Below are positions 11,314-23,005 of a stretch of 64,000 nucleotides of DNA, piece after piece. A model generated the notes under the pieces. It did no database searches and had not been told where the DNA came from. It saw only the letters and a program-made list of their open reading frames with translations. Every line of letters begins with the position of its first letter. Position 1 is the stretch's first letter. Origin of the DNA: Botryllus schlosseri (lineage: Eukaryota); contig CM119371.1 in NCBI GenBank assembly GCA_051294905.1, positions 21,888,001 to 21,952,000 on the forward strand, read 5' to 3'. The translations under genes were made by a program, and so were the position numbers.

Positions 11314-13135
11314 CAGAGGTCTCAAACACGCGGCCCGCGAGAGCATTTTGTGCGGCCCGCGACGGCATTTTGGAATTTCAAGTATTCAACAATATATTCA
11401 CGTGCCATACATCTTTTTCAGATATGAGATCTTAAAGTTCAACCTAAAACTACTATAAAGATCACTGAAATCTAGACAAACTTCATTATCACATCACTTT
11501 TAAAAGTAGAAGTAGTAGCAGTAGAAGATCTGCTATTACGTCACATTTCCAATCCATGATGATAAAACATGACCCTTGGTGATTCGTGACAGAAAATTGT
11601 GATTTGGTTTGGTGCAACCTTCTCGTAAAATTACTCGATTTGGGATTGACTGGGTGAGTTATTAAAAACGACGTGAATGTAGTCGGGTCAAACGGTAAAA
11701 TCAGAGAAGGATTTGCGATTGGGAACGGTGACTTGCTATTCCTACGGACAAAACAATCTATGAAACTGTCATGGGGAAGAGTAATATATCACAACATCGT
11801 TGCTTGCGTTGCGTAGAATATATAGCTATCTAATCAGGTCAGTATGGCAACCCTGGCATTCTGTGACCCCCATGACAAGGGCGTTTTTTTTTTTGACATG
11901 TCTAAAAAGTCAAAATTAGGTCAAAATTGTTGCGTTAGGTCAAAAAATGTCAAAATTGTTTACGAAGTTCAAACTTTTTTGCAACCTGCATTTCGTTTGT
12001 ATCGTAGATTTTGCACTTTCGGTGCACTTATCATTAGGCATTTTACAGCTTGTTGCCTACTTTATAGGCCTACCGTTGTAGATGGCCCCGTGTCTGCTCA
12101 TTGTGAATCATATTAAACATTAAAATGAAACAAATGGTGTTATGCTCAACGTACCGCAATATCCCAACTGAAGCAAGACTGCGTGGGCATTGCATGGTTC
12201 TTATATCAAGAAGCGCACGATGAAAAATTGTTATGTAGACAGCGTTGTCAGAATGAAGCAACACGGTTGGTCACCATCAGCAGCGTACGCACAACTTCAG
12301 TGTTGTCAGCCAACAACTGCTGCTGGTGAACGTTCTTTCTCCATTCTTGGAAAGCTACTGAGTAAGGACAGACAGACACTTTCTACCCGAGAGTGTAGGA
12401 AAGTATGTTTCGTTGTACTACAATTTGATTTGATTATTTCCACCATAATGCGTAATGTAACTACTGGAATTCTTCATAGGGCCAGATTTCGATAAAATAT
12501 TAGTTTTTTCATTTAAAAATTTGTCAGTTTTTGAGCCAAAAAACTTTTTCAGGCCAAACTACTTCGTAAGGACAGACAGTTTCAACCAGAAATGAATATT
12601 AGTAGTACAATTTTAACATTATGTGCGAAAACACCTAATTTGCACACGCGAGGTTAAAATTTGGTCAAAATTCAGTTTTTTTAGGTCAAAAAAAGTCAAA
12701 AATTAGATTTTTTAGGTCAAAATCTTCCGTTTTTTAGGTCAAAAAAAAATCGCCCTACCCATGACGTATAGTTGGTTTGTTCTCATTATCCATTTTATTA
12801 TCGGTGTCGAGAAAGACATTAGTACGCTCTACAGTTGTTACACCAATGAATTCTTTGCCGATCAGACATTTCTTTTTCAGGGGTTCCTAACCAGGGTCCC
12901 TAGATCCCATCGGGGTACGAAGCACCACATCAGGGTGCACGAGATGCATTGTGGAATTAGGTCTATATGCTGTGGAATATTTTTCTGGCCAATTGATTCA
13001 AATGGAAAATAGTATTGGCGCTATGCGCGATTTTATGTGAATGGGCTTTCTGATTTTCATATAGGTACCATCAGAAATTGTGTTGAAAATGGACAGGGGC
13101 AACGAGAAATCTCATCGGAATCACAAGGGGTGCAA
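11314..13135 (+). mobile_element. hAT/Charlie-like element (family E), 3'-truncated, interrupted by family H
   Basis: CAGAGGTCTCAAAC terminus; the segments 11314-11876 and 12766-13135 are inverted homologues of ~26860-27805. Confidence 0.75.
11877..12757 (+). mobile_element. Complete non-autonomous hAT element (family H, 881 bp) with transposase C-terminal remnant
   Basis: TIRs (A/T)AGGGCG(T/A)TTTTTTTTTGAC; perfect 8-bp TSD CCCATGAC (11869-11876 / 12758-12765). The motif PTTAAGERSFS..L.SKDR resembles the hAT C-terminal dimerisation domain. Confidence 0.9.
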
Positions 13136-15849
13136 GACGCATCCTCTCCTATGATGTCTATAACTCATTAATTAAAAAATTGGGGCATACCTCTGGGGTT
13201 GATACCACTTCAATAGCATAGAGATATATAAAATAGTTACTATGTTATGTAGAATTTGAATTGAATTGCCTTCCGCGAGATCACACGATTACGTAATCGA
13301 TTACTCATCGGCGGCGGCCGCTTGATTCGTGCTTATCATGTCTACCTTTCCAAGATCGTAGCGCTGGGCTATGAAGCGCTATAGTAGCATGTAATGTCTC
13401 GTTGGAACGTAGAGATTCATGCGAAACGCAATCAGGTGGCCATATACCAAGAGAGGGCCTAAGTACTACGTCAGGAGATATAGAAGAACAAAATTGTATG
13501 TTATTTTCAAGAATCGAGAACATTTTCTCGCACACCGCTATTCTCTCTGGCGTCTGAGCCGTTAGAGTATCTCAGACCGCTAGGCAGCTACTTCAGGTTA
13601 AGGGCAATATATTGGGCCTCGATTTAAGCCATATGGATGATATTTTATCGCCTTTTTTGTGGATGCAGCAAAATATTGGTCAGTAGGCCGGCCGATTAGA
13701 AAGGGTTAACATCTTGAGAAAAGCCTGTAACAATTAACTGGAAATTAGTCAGCTTCATTGAAATAACCTGGTATTACTGATATTGAAGAACGTGTTCCGG
13801 CTAATTTGAAACCGATTGATGCATCAATGCAGCATTGTGATGACCGAAAAAAAGAAGGCGACATTCTAGTTCTGTAATTACTGAACAAGACTCGAACCTC
13901 TTTTATTTTGCGATTACGAATACATCAAATATATATTTGTTCAGCCAACTGGACATATGACACAGACTAGAAGAGATCTGGGGACTGCATTTGAGAATCA
14001 CTGATTAAAGTGATGCAATTTACAGACGGACAATAAGCATTACTACTGAGGCACAATGTTAAACAGCGCCCTGCGCGCATATTCCAAAAAGGAAATCTAT
14101 GTAGCTTGCACCTTTGATAAAACCATAGTAACAGTGTATGATAATTTTAATCCATTATGCGCCTCCATAGTGTCAGATTGCCACAGCAGATCAGTGCTCA
14201 GTTGTCAGTATAATGATTCATCACAAGTTTTACGCAGAATACCATTCCTTACCCAATCATGTTGGCTAAGCTAGGGACTGACACTGGTTTTGCTCTACAG
14301 CTGATAAGTTCTTGGAAAAGCAACCGTCATGAATCAAACCATAAATATGTGGCCTGCTGGGACAGAAGTGAAACCACCGACCAAAAGTGATTTTTCTTAC
14401 AGCCTGGAGCTATAATTGAACTCTAACCAGCAGTGTCTGAAAGACAGGTAGCGATAGGTAGTTCAATTGACATATTGATAAGCCCAATGATTATTCATAT
14501 TACGATTTACCTCAGTTTTCCCTTTAGTAAACAGGGTTAAGAAGTTGTTGTAGCCGCTTCGCAGGTTCATCAAACAAAATAATGTTAAAGGGCACTGTGG
14601 TGCAGTGTTGTAGGACTATGAATTACAAAGTAATCTGAACGAAACGAAATCTTATGGAGTAACACAATCATTTACAAGATGCAACGCTTGTATGACAGAA
14701 ATACACACAAATTTCGTAAGATATTCAATCAATTCCAAAGCGAAACTGAATAAAAATGATAAGTGTGGACTGTTTACCATCACATCATCACAGTTGATAG
14801 CAAACAAAGATGCGATTATCAGCTGTATCACAGATCATACAGAGATCCATTTCATGTCGCCTCTGTAAGGATGCTGCATACGGCTACTAGTGAAAAAGCT
14901 GGCAGCACACCATATTAGACTGTAAGGAGATTCCTTTTGTAGCGCTATGATTCACCGATAATTTGAAAAAATTGAAATCTCATGAAGGACTAAAATGTCG
15001 ACAAATTGCATGCAATGGATGGCAAAAATAACGGATGTTTACAAAATGGCCACACCATTACAACTTGAAACGAAATTGAAAACGATATGCGCAAACTGCT
15101 AATTACCAGAGAATCTGACGAAGGATAATGCACGTGCAACAATAGTATTAGCTCACCACACAGATTTGAATATCCACATCAAACTGTTCTGAACAACAGA
15201 TCCAGGCCAAATTACCACAAAGTGTTCATTGAAACTGATTAATGCAGTGAGAAACAACTTTTTCAGGAATTCATCGTGAGCTATAACTGAAATATGGAAA
15301 CAGGAAAAACATTTTCATACCGGAACAATTAGGTGAGATAAACAACGTATATGGAATTTTTGTGGTAGCGATAAATGGATATTTGCAACACGCTTAGTGG
15401 CACGAAGACACATAACTATTTCTACAATCTCAGCCCAGAAATCATGCAGCCTGCAAGGTCGATCCAAAAATATATTCGCTATTCACTTGTACAGATTTGA
15501 TTGCAACTCTTAATCGTATTGATATGGTGGCAGAGTGAATGCATGACTCCTTTGTATAAAAGCATATTTTAATGAATATTTCTGTCCATATTACTTACTT
15601 TATCATGTTCAAGATCATCATCGCATGAACTACACTTGCGTTTCTCTATTCCTTTGTTCATTTTGAAGTAGTCCTACATTTTTGTATCAGCAGTAACATT
15701 CAGCAACTAAATGCAAAATCGGTTCTTCAGCTGGACAACACAAACTACTCGAACCATTTTAAACAGATGAATGAATTATTTGTCAATCTGACAATGCATC
15801 AATTATAAAATATTAAAAAATTCTAGGACATGAGATGTTTCCTGTGTTC

Positions 15850-16339
15850 ACAAAAATGTGCTTTCAGCAAGAATGACTTTCCGGAGATATCTCACAAATA
15901 TTTGCCACCTCCTGCATGAATATTCACGCATCTTCAAACTCACTGATGAGTAAGTGAACACTTTTCCACGGTATAAAACTTATAGTTTCTTATTTGTATT
16001 CTTATGCGTTTTCGAGTGGCCGATCAAAATACAATCTTTTCATAGATCTGACATGCACAGATTTTGGCTCCAGTATATTTATTTCCATGTCATTTTAAGT
16101 TACCAAGCAGATTAAACGCTTTTCCACAGATATGACACACACGGGTTTAGACTCAGGTACGTGTTTGTCAATATATTTCCAAGGCACAAAGCTGGGTAAA
16201 CGCTTTCCCCCAAATCTGACACACATAGTATTTGACACCGATATGTGTAGTTCCATGTGTTTAACCAAGCCAGTTAAACGCTTTTCCGCAGATCTGACAC
16301 TCATAGTTTTTACTCTAGTATGTATATTTCAATGTGTTT
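15850..16339 (-). pseudogene. Decayed zinc-finger tail of ZNF-C
   Basis: About 5-6 broken fingers (e.g. YECQICGKAFNWLG, YVCQIWGKAFTQL) after the frameshift that ends the ORF. Confidence 0.8.
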
Positions 16340-17305
16340 TCAGGTTGACGAGCCACACAAGATATGACAATCGTGATTTTTGACTTCGTTATGCACTTTT
16401 CCATGTCTTTTCAAGTTACCAAGTTGGGTAAACGCTTTTCCACAAATCTGACACTCATAGTTTTTGCCACCAGTATGTGTATTTCTATGTATTTTCAAGG
16501 ACCAAAGCTGGGTAAACGCTTTTCCACAGATCTGACACTCATAGTTTATCACTCCAGTATGTGAATGTCCATGTCTGGTCAAGTCACGAAGCCGAGTAAA
16601 CGCTTTACCACAGATCTGACACTCATACTTTTTGACTCCGGTATGCGTCGTTAGATGTTCTTTCAAGTGAGCAATCTGGGTAAACGCTTTTCCACAGATC
16701 TGACATGCATAGTTTTTGACTCCTGTGTGTGTATTTCCATGCTTTTTCAAACCATAACGCCGGGTAAATGCTTTTCCGCAGATGTGACATTCATAGTTTG
16801 TGACTCCGGTATGTGTAATCCCATGTGTTTTCAAGTTACCGAGATGACTAAATGCTTTACCACAGATCTCACACTCATAGTTTTTGACTCCTGTATGTGT
16901 ATTTCCATGCTTTTTCAAACCATAACGCCGGGTAAATGCTTTTCCGCAGATGTGACATTCATAGTTTGTGACTCCGGTATGTGTATTTCCATGTGTTTTC
17001 AAGTTACCGAGCTGTCTAAATGCTTTTCCGCATATCTCACACTGATAGTTTTTGACTCCAGTATGTGTATTTCCATGTTCTTTCAAGCTGCTATCCTGGG
17101 TAAACGCTTTTCCACAAAGTTCACATTCATACTTGATTCCAGTATGTATATCTCCATGCCTTTTCAAGTCACCAAGCCGGGCAAACGCTTTTCCGCAGAT
17201 CTCACATTCGGTATTCCTATATTCAAGGTGGAATTGAAGGTGAATTTTCAATCCGTCTGGAAAATGGAAGCTCTTTCCACAGATCAAACACATATTCTTT
17301 GCCAT
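16340..17305 (-). CDS. Tandem C2H2 zinc-finger protein, 11 fingers, 321 aa (ZNF-C)
   Basis: Eleven intact fingers; fingers 6-7 duplicate fingers 4-5. The ORF ends in a frameshifted 12th finger. In-frame TGA-TAA lies upstream of the ATG. Confidence 0.9.
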   Translation of the reverse strand: MAKNMCLICGKSFHFPDGLKIHLQFHLEYRNTECEICGKAFARLGDLKRHGDIHTGIKYECELCGKAFTQDSSLKEHGNTHTGVKNYQCEICGKAFRQLGNLKTHGNTHTGVTNYECHICGKAFTRRYGLKKHGNTHTGVKNYECEICGKAFSHLGNLKTHGITHTGVTNYECHICGKAFTRRYGLKKHGNTHTGVKNYACQICGKAFTQIAHLKEHLTTHTGVKKYECQICGKAFTRLRDLTRHGHSHTGVINYECQICGKAFTQLWSLKIHRNTHTGGKNYECQICGKAFTQLGNLKRHGKVHNEVKNHDCHILCGSST

Positions 17306-18799
17306 TCTTCTTGATTATCAGTAAATTACTTCTTCAAGTGCACACATCAAGCGATCGTTCTCTGATTGAAGACGAATATTTTCCAATAGCCTGAAATGAG
17401 CTAATAAATAGTATTAGAATACTTATATTATAGAAAATCTGTCAGAACATACAGATGATAACTTGCAATAATTAATAAGGTTGACAAATTACAACATTCA
17501 ACCAATCCAAGAATAAAAAACATGGAATATATATCAATAATAGGTATGTTGCATTTTTATGCATTGTAATGATCGGGAATAAGACAATTCAGACGAGTAG
17601 TTCCATAAAGATGTTTTGCCAAATTTTAGAGATCACAAATACATTTTAGATTCCCTTTCGGAAATTTGCTGCGGATAGAACATTTGGGACGTTCAGGTTT
17701 TAACTTGATCGTCCAATAGAATTCACTTCCAAGACACTGAACCGTAAACTTACTCTCCGTTCACCAAGTCCATCGGATGACAATTAGATTCCAAAGTGTT
17801 CCAGACCGTCTGTGACTCCATCAGCACGGTTCGGCTAGGCAATTAGGGACGGATACCTGGTTCGGAGTAGGCACCTGGCCCTGGTCACGTTAAAAACCAG
17901 CACCTACAGCACTAGCCGAATAAGGATTGTGTCTGACAATATTTTGGAGATCAGTGGTTCTTCAACGTTTTCCACCACGAGCCAAATTCAAGTGGCATTG
18001 CCATCTTGCGACCCAAGACTTGCTCATAGAAATGAATACTTTTCAAATGTAACTTTGCTACATTTTTCACCAGCATGTATGAAATAGCGCAAGTGCAGAC
18101 AACCAGCTGTACGCAACGGCGTTTTATGAAACATGATTCATCACATTGATTACAATACTAATTTCAGTAGTTGAAGTCACTTGTCATTCATGGTATTATT
18201 TGTGCATAAATCTCCTTTAATTGTATATTTATGGATCGCAAACTTTTTTGTACTCACAAACTCCTTTCAGGGAATTTTCAAGATTAGGGTCATCTGAATC
18301 ATTGAACGCGATCGATTTTACGGAACCAAGTACCGGAAATCAACATGCACCATTAGCAGGCAGAATATTATCATTTTCATAACAAACACTGTGAATTTTT
18401 TTTCTGCCACCCCATTTTACCCATTACAACGGAGACTGATCATGCTAGAGTTGGAAGATGTTGACGAAATATTGATGATTCAACCTCAGCTAGTAAGACG
18501 TGGCTATGTCTCATATCTTCTCCCCCTTCCTCGTCCAACACAGAAACATACATGATTCAAAAATATGTGCATTCTCATGATCAGGCCACATTTTCATAAC
18601 CGCTGTTCTGTGTTTCATTTCTATTGGCTGTTGGCTATTTTATGTGACAATTTAACGAACATAGAATGTTGCCGACGCTGGATGATTAAAAAAGATCAGT
18701 ATATGGGATGCATATTTTGTTAACGAAAACTCGCCTATATCTCTGTTGACTTCACAGAGATATCACAGACATGTCATACTTCTTACATCTGGCATGGAT

Positions 18800-19091
18800 A
18801 TTCCCACATGTTCTAAAAGTAAACGCATTTTCGCGGGTCTAGCATTCATAGTTTCCGACTCTGTTATGTGTTTATCCATGTATATTCAAGTCTCCAGCGT
18901 GAGCAACCTGTGTAGGCCTATGTCTAGGCCTCTTCAAGTAAGCAAGCTGAATAAAAGTTTTATCGCGGATCTAACATTCATAGTTTTTGACTCCAGTATG
19001 TGTATTTCCATGTATTTTCAATTGAACAAGTTGGCTTAACGACTTGCCACGGATTTGGCACTCATAGTTATTGACTCAGGTGTGTGTATTT
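18800..19091 (-). pseudogene. Zinc-finger relic (ZNF-D, 3' part)
   Basis: Contains KIHGNTHTGVKNYE-type repeats with stops; cut at 19092 by a CAGGGGCGGGCAAA...GGCCCGCG (Charlie-like) terminus. Confidence 0.75.
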
Positions 19092-22000
19092 CAGGGGCGG
19101 GCAAAATACGGCCCGCGACGGGATTTTGTGCGGCCTGCGGACAGTTTTTGGTCTTACGTGATGATGAGGACAGTGTCGCTGTCAACAGGCATTTAGGCGC
19201 AAACATTTTTAAGCATGAACCTTAGCACGACAAATCGACCTTTCAATACAGCTGATGTTCACTGCATTGACGTAGCCCGGGCTATGGGGACCATGTTATT
19301 CCCCAATTTTTCGAAAATATTCGTAACATTTATAAATAGTGGACTATTTACGGGCAGATGGATTCAAATTAAAAATATTTTGTTCGCTGTGCGCGGTTTA
19401 GTGTCTCTCCGTGCTTGTCCTGATTATGAGAATAAAGTATCCTAATCCTAATCGTGAACTTTGCGCCGAATCTATCACAGAGAGACCTCTAGTGAAAGTA
19501 TTTATCTTAATTTCCAGTCAACATTTCACAGATGGTGACAAAAATTACAACATTATCGATTCAAGTCAAAGAGAGCGCAATTGAACTTGCTTTATTTTTA
19601 GAGAACAGTTTCCTGAACGAGAAAACAAATGCTAAACTTCGTAAAACGTTGGCAAAGCGGAAAGTGACGAACTAATTTATTTTGCTATATTTATTAGCTC
19701 GAGGGCAAAAAGGACGATGCTTCGATTTTTGTAATTTTGTTAATGATAAAAAATATACTATTTTTAAGCTAATTCATTCGCGCGAGCTAGTGTCAATAGG
19801 AAACCAAAAATCAAAAAATTGCGCACTAAATACGCTCGATTTACAGAATTGATTCAAACTGTATCCGCAACTATGAAAGGATAATATTTTTTTTTGGTAT
19901 GGCTTGAGGCCGTAGAGATGCATCAGTCTAGCTAGAGTTGCGGAGTAGGCTAGTGCGTCACCATTAGCTACCTGCATATTCGCGCAAGGACATATCAAGA
20001 CATATCAAAATTTTGCTAAACTTGCGACTGTGCGCCAAGAAAGATTGACGGTGATAACACCTAGAATAAAAAATGGTCGATACACTTTTACAGAAACCGT
20101 AGATATTAATATGACTGCGCGGCTCTAGAATGACAGCAACGTATAGTCCTGCGGTACAAATGCGACTCGAAGAGGAAAACAAGTAATGTCAAGAAATACT
20201 AATTTGGAATCCTTCAAGCAGCTTAGCGTCAATCTTGACCGGAGGTCAACCAAGTTGATGAAAGCAACGTGTACCCATACTAAACTTCATGAATAGTCTT
20301 AACATGTGTGGCATGAGTGTCCTAAATTTTTGAAGTCATAATTTCCATCAGGAATTCGGATCACGTGTATCCCATATATGGAAGCACCAATATCATTGAC
20401 CAATTCATATGTAAACTTTACCAGTGTTACCAAGCAAAATATAGAATAAATACGAATGTGCAGATAGTTGAAACCAATTCATATGATGAAGCACACATGG
20501 GTAATATCAACATTTATTCTATACACAATATTAAATTTCGTTCAAATCGCAGAAGGAGTACATTAAGGGGAGAAGGGAGCTGTCAGTGCAGTATAAGCAC
20601 AACGTTGCTACCTATCGACAGAATACTACTACGTAATTCTACGACTACGTACGATGGAATCACATCGTTTATGTTCAGTTAATTTGTGACAAAACAGTGT
20701 AGGCTGAGTAAAAGCACGCATTCGATCGTCATATGATTGGTTGGTATTGCAGGTCACACAAGTCGTTGACAGGGTCAAGCTGGGGGGAAAAGGATTGATT
20801 GATCAAGTTACAAAGTTGCTCAGCTTGTCCACCACAAAACACAATTTCGAAAGGCATAGAAGGGTTATTTTCAGATTTAAAGAATAAAGTTTGAAAAAAA
20901 TTGTCTACCGACAGACTCAAAATCTCATCTACTGGCTTTTATTCGCTTCAATAACACTGAGACATTGGTGGATGAATAATCACCTGGTGACGGCTGTCAC
21001 AGTAAGGTTGTTCCGGAAGTAGTGTTTTCTTTTCAAACTTCACTCCCATTGTGATGAGATTGTCAGGTTGTATAAACAACGCTAAACACCAAATTTCAGT
21101 CGATTCCAACCAGCAAAACTTACACAATCTACACTATAAGCATCACTACACTATAAGCATCTTTTGATTTTATTGTTCGTATACCCACTCCCGAATTAAA
21201 TACACGTAATTTTACAATAAGTTTACAGGTATTCACAATCATAAAAGCATCCCTTGAGGCCATTGACCTTCGGGTGCATCATAGGAATCTCTGTGGTAAA
21301 GGTTTGGCTGACATGCGAGTTCACGAGAAGAGCACTGTCAAAGGGATCGCTGGCAGTAAATCTGTGCCCTAAAATTATCATTGCATGGGCAAGGCATCTT
21401 CCTGTTCAACTCGACAACAAACGATAGGCCTAGATTGTTCAAAAAGTGAACAAGTTACAGTGAATCCGCTATAAAATTTATATATCCCTCATAGCTGTAT
21501 GTTTTGTTGAAAATCGTAATTTTCATATCACCCGAGACATGGTAAACTGTTTTATATATTATACATATTGTTCAAGCTGCTGTACTCATCTTTGGATTAT
21601 TCTGGAACTTTTGATAATCAAAAACAAGTCTTTGTGATGGTTTGTGATGATGTTATATGATGTAACTTCAATGTTTCTCTCTACATCACAATTATACTGG
21701 GTTGACGTAAAAATTAATTGATAGGTCACGGCAAACAAGACCTTGTTGTTGAAGCAGCAATGTAACAAACTTTAACACGGAAATTAGCATTTGAAACTTG
21801 CTATAACCAACCAACATTTTAATGGCCGTCTAAAAATCAATAATTTGTTCCTAGCTTATTTTTATACATTTTCAAGACAAATCTCTGTGTAAGTGAGATA
21901 GAAACACGTTGCTTCCAAAGCTTTGAAGCCCAAAACTACCTTTCTAGCATAAGCGGTTATTAAGATAGGTAAAAATCAGCTATTTTCGGCTTGTTCGGTG

Positions 22001-22127
22001 AAATTGTCGGCCACTAGAGGGTGCAGAATCCTGAAATCATGTTAGAAGTAATTCATTTGAGATTTGGGACCAAATATTAAATACCACTTGTTGACATTCT
22101 AATTTTAGTTTTTTTCAGTTCACCCTA

Positions 22128-22275
22128 ATATGCTCTTCTAAATGTACATTTCTAGCAAAGGACTTCCCCACACGAATCGCAAAGATTCTTTTTGACCCAG
22201 TCATGTGTATTCTGATGGCTTTCCAAGTTGAATAGTCGAGTAAACAACTTGTTACAGAGCTGACACACATAAATG
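22128..22275 (-). pseudogene. Zinc-finger relic (ZNF-D, 5' part)
   Basis: Translates as YVCQLCNKLFTRLFNLESHQNTH..KKNLCDSCG/frameshift/KSFARNVHLEEHI. Confidence 0.7.
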
Positions 22276-22509
22276 ATGCATCAACAATATTATGTGTAAA
22301 TTTTAATAGTACTGAACTCTTGAAAATCTACACAGTTTACTTGCACCAATCAATGTAAAATCTTCTGTAAAATCACCAACTAAAAAAATCCCAAGACAAA
22401 CGTTTGGGGGAGGGGGGGGCTGACGACGGACTATTTCGGCCATGCCAAATACGTTAATTTCCAATTTTCCCGATTAGGGGGTTTGGGGTGCGACAGTTAC
22501 GGTCCTGAA

Positions 22510-23005
22510 AGTAGCTAAACCAATGCATAGATATTTTTCGAATGACTTGCCTCCTGTCTTCAATCATTTATTCGTGGTTGCTCGAAGTGTACACTCCCAC
22601 AATACTAGACATTCTTCCAGGGGCAACATCCATATACGCCCGCCCACCAGTAAGCTCAGAAAGAAAGAAATCGAATATGCCGGTCCTGATATTTGGGACA
22701 TTATACCTACATCTATAAGAGACCTTCCTTATCACTTATTCAAAAAATAATTATTCAGACACCATATCTCCTATTACTAACACCACTTGTCTCGCCCATT
22801 TTTCCATGTTATAGTTATTATTTATGTTATGCTATGCTGAATTTGATAATCCCAACCAACTTCAACCAAAGTAATAAAGAATATCTGTAATTGTTAATGC
22901 AGGTTGTGATCAGACCCTGTCCTACACCGTTAAGTATCTTGTTACAATTTCATGCGTTAATGTTATTTTCGGTTGGACGAATCAATAAATATTTTTCTTT
23001 CTCTC
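22510..23005 (+). mobile_element. 5'-truncated LINE (CR1/L2-type) 3' end
   Basis: ORF 22523-22750 (NDLPPVF...HSHNTR...YAGPDIWDIIP...FKK) matches the typical ORF2 C-terminus of CR1/L2-group LINEs. It is followed by a 3' UTR with aataaa and a (tc)-rich tail. Confidence 0.75.

Larger units (their letters stand above)
7562..12546. repeat. Tandem segmental duplication, copy 2
   Basis: Starts attgatcacaataac (=2576) and ends gagccaaaaaactt (=7560). A single extra G at 7561 sits at the junction. Confidence 0.95.

Noticed and set aside
13140..13708. piggyBac-like end (aaagggttaa); a similar ttaaccc occurs at ~47355
   Set aside because: Only one terminus is visible in each case, with no matching TIR.
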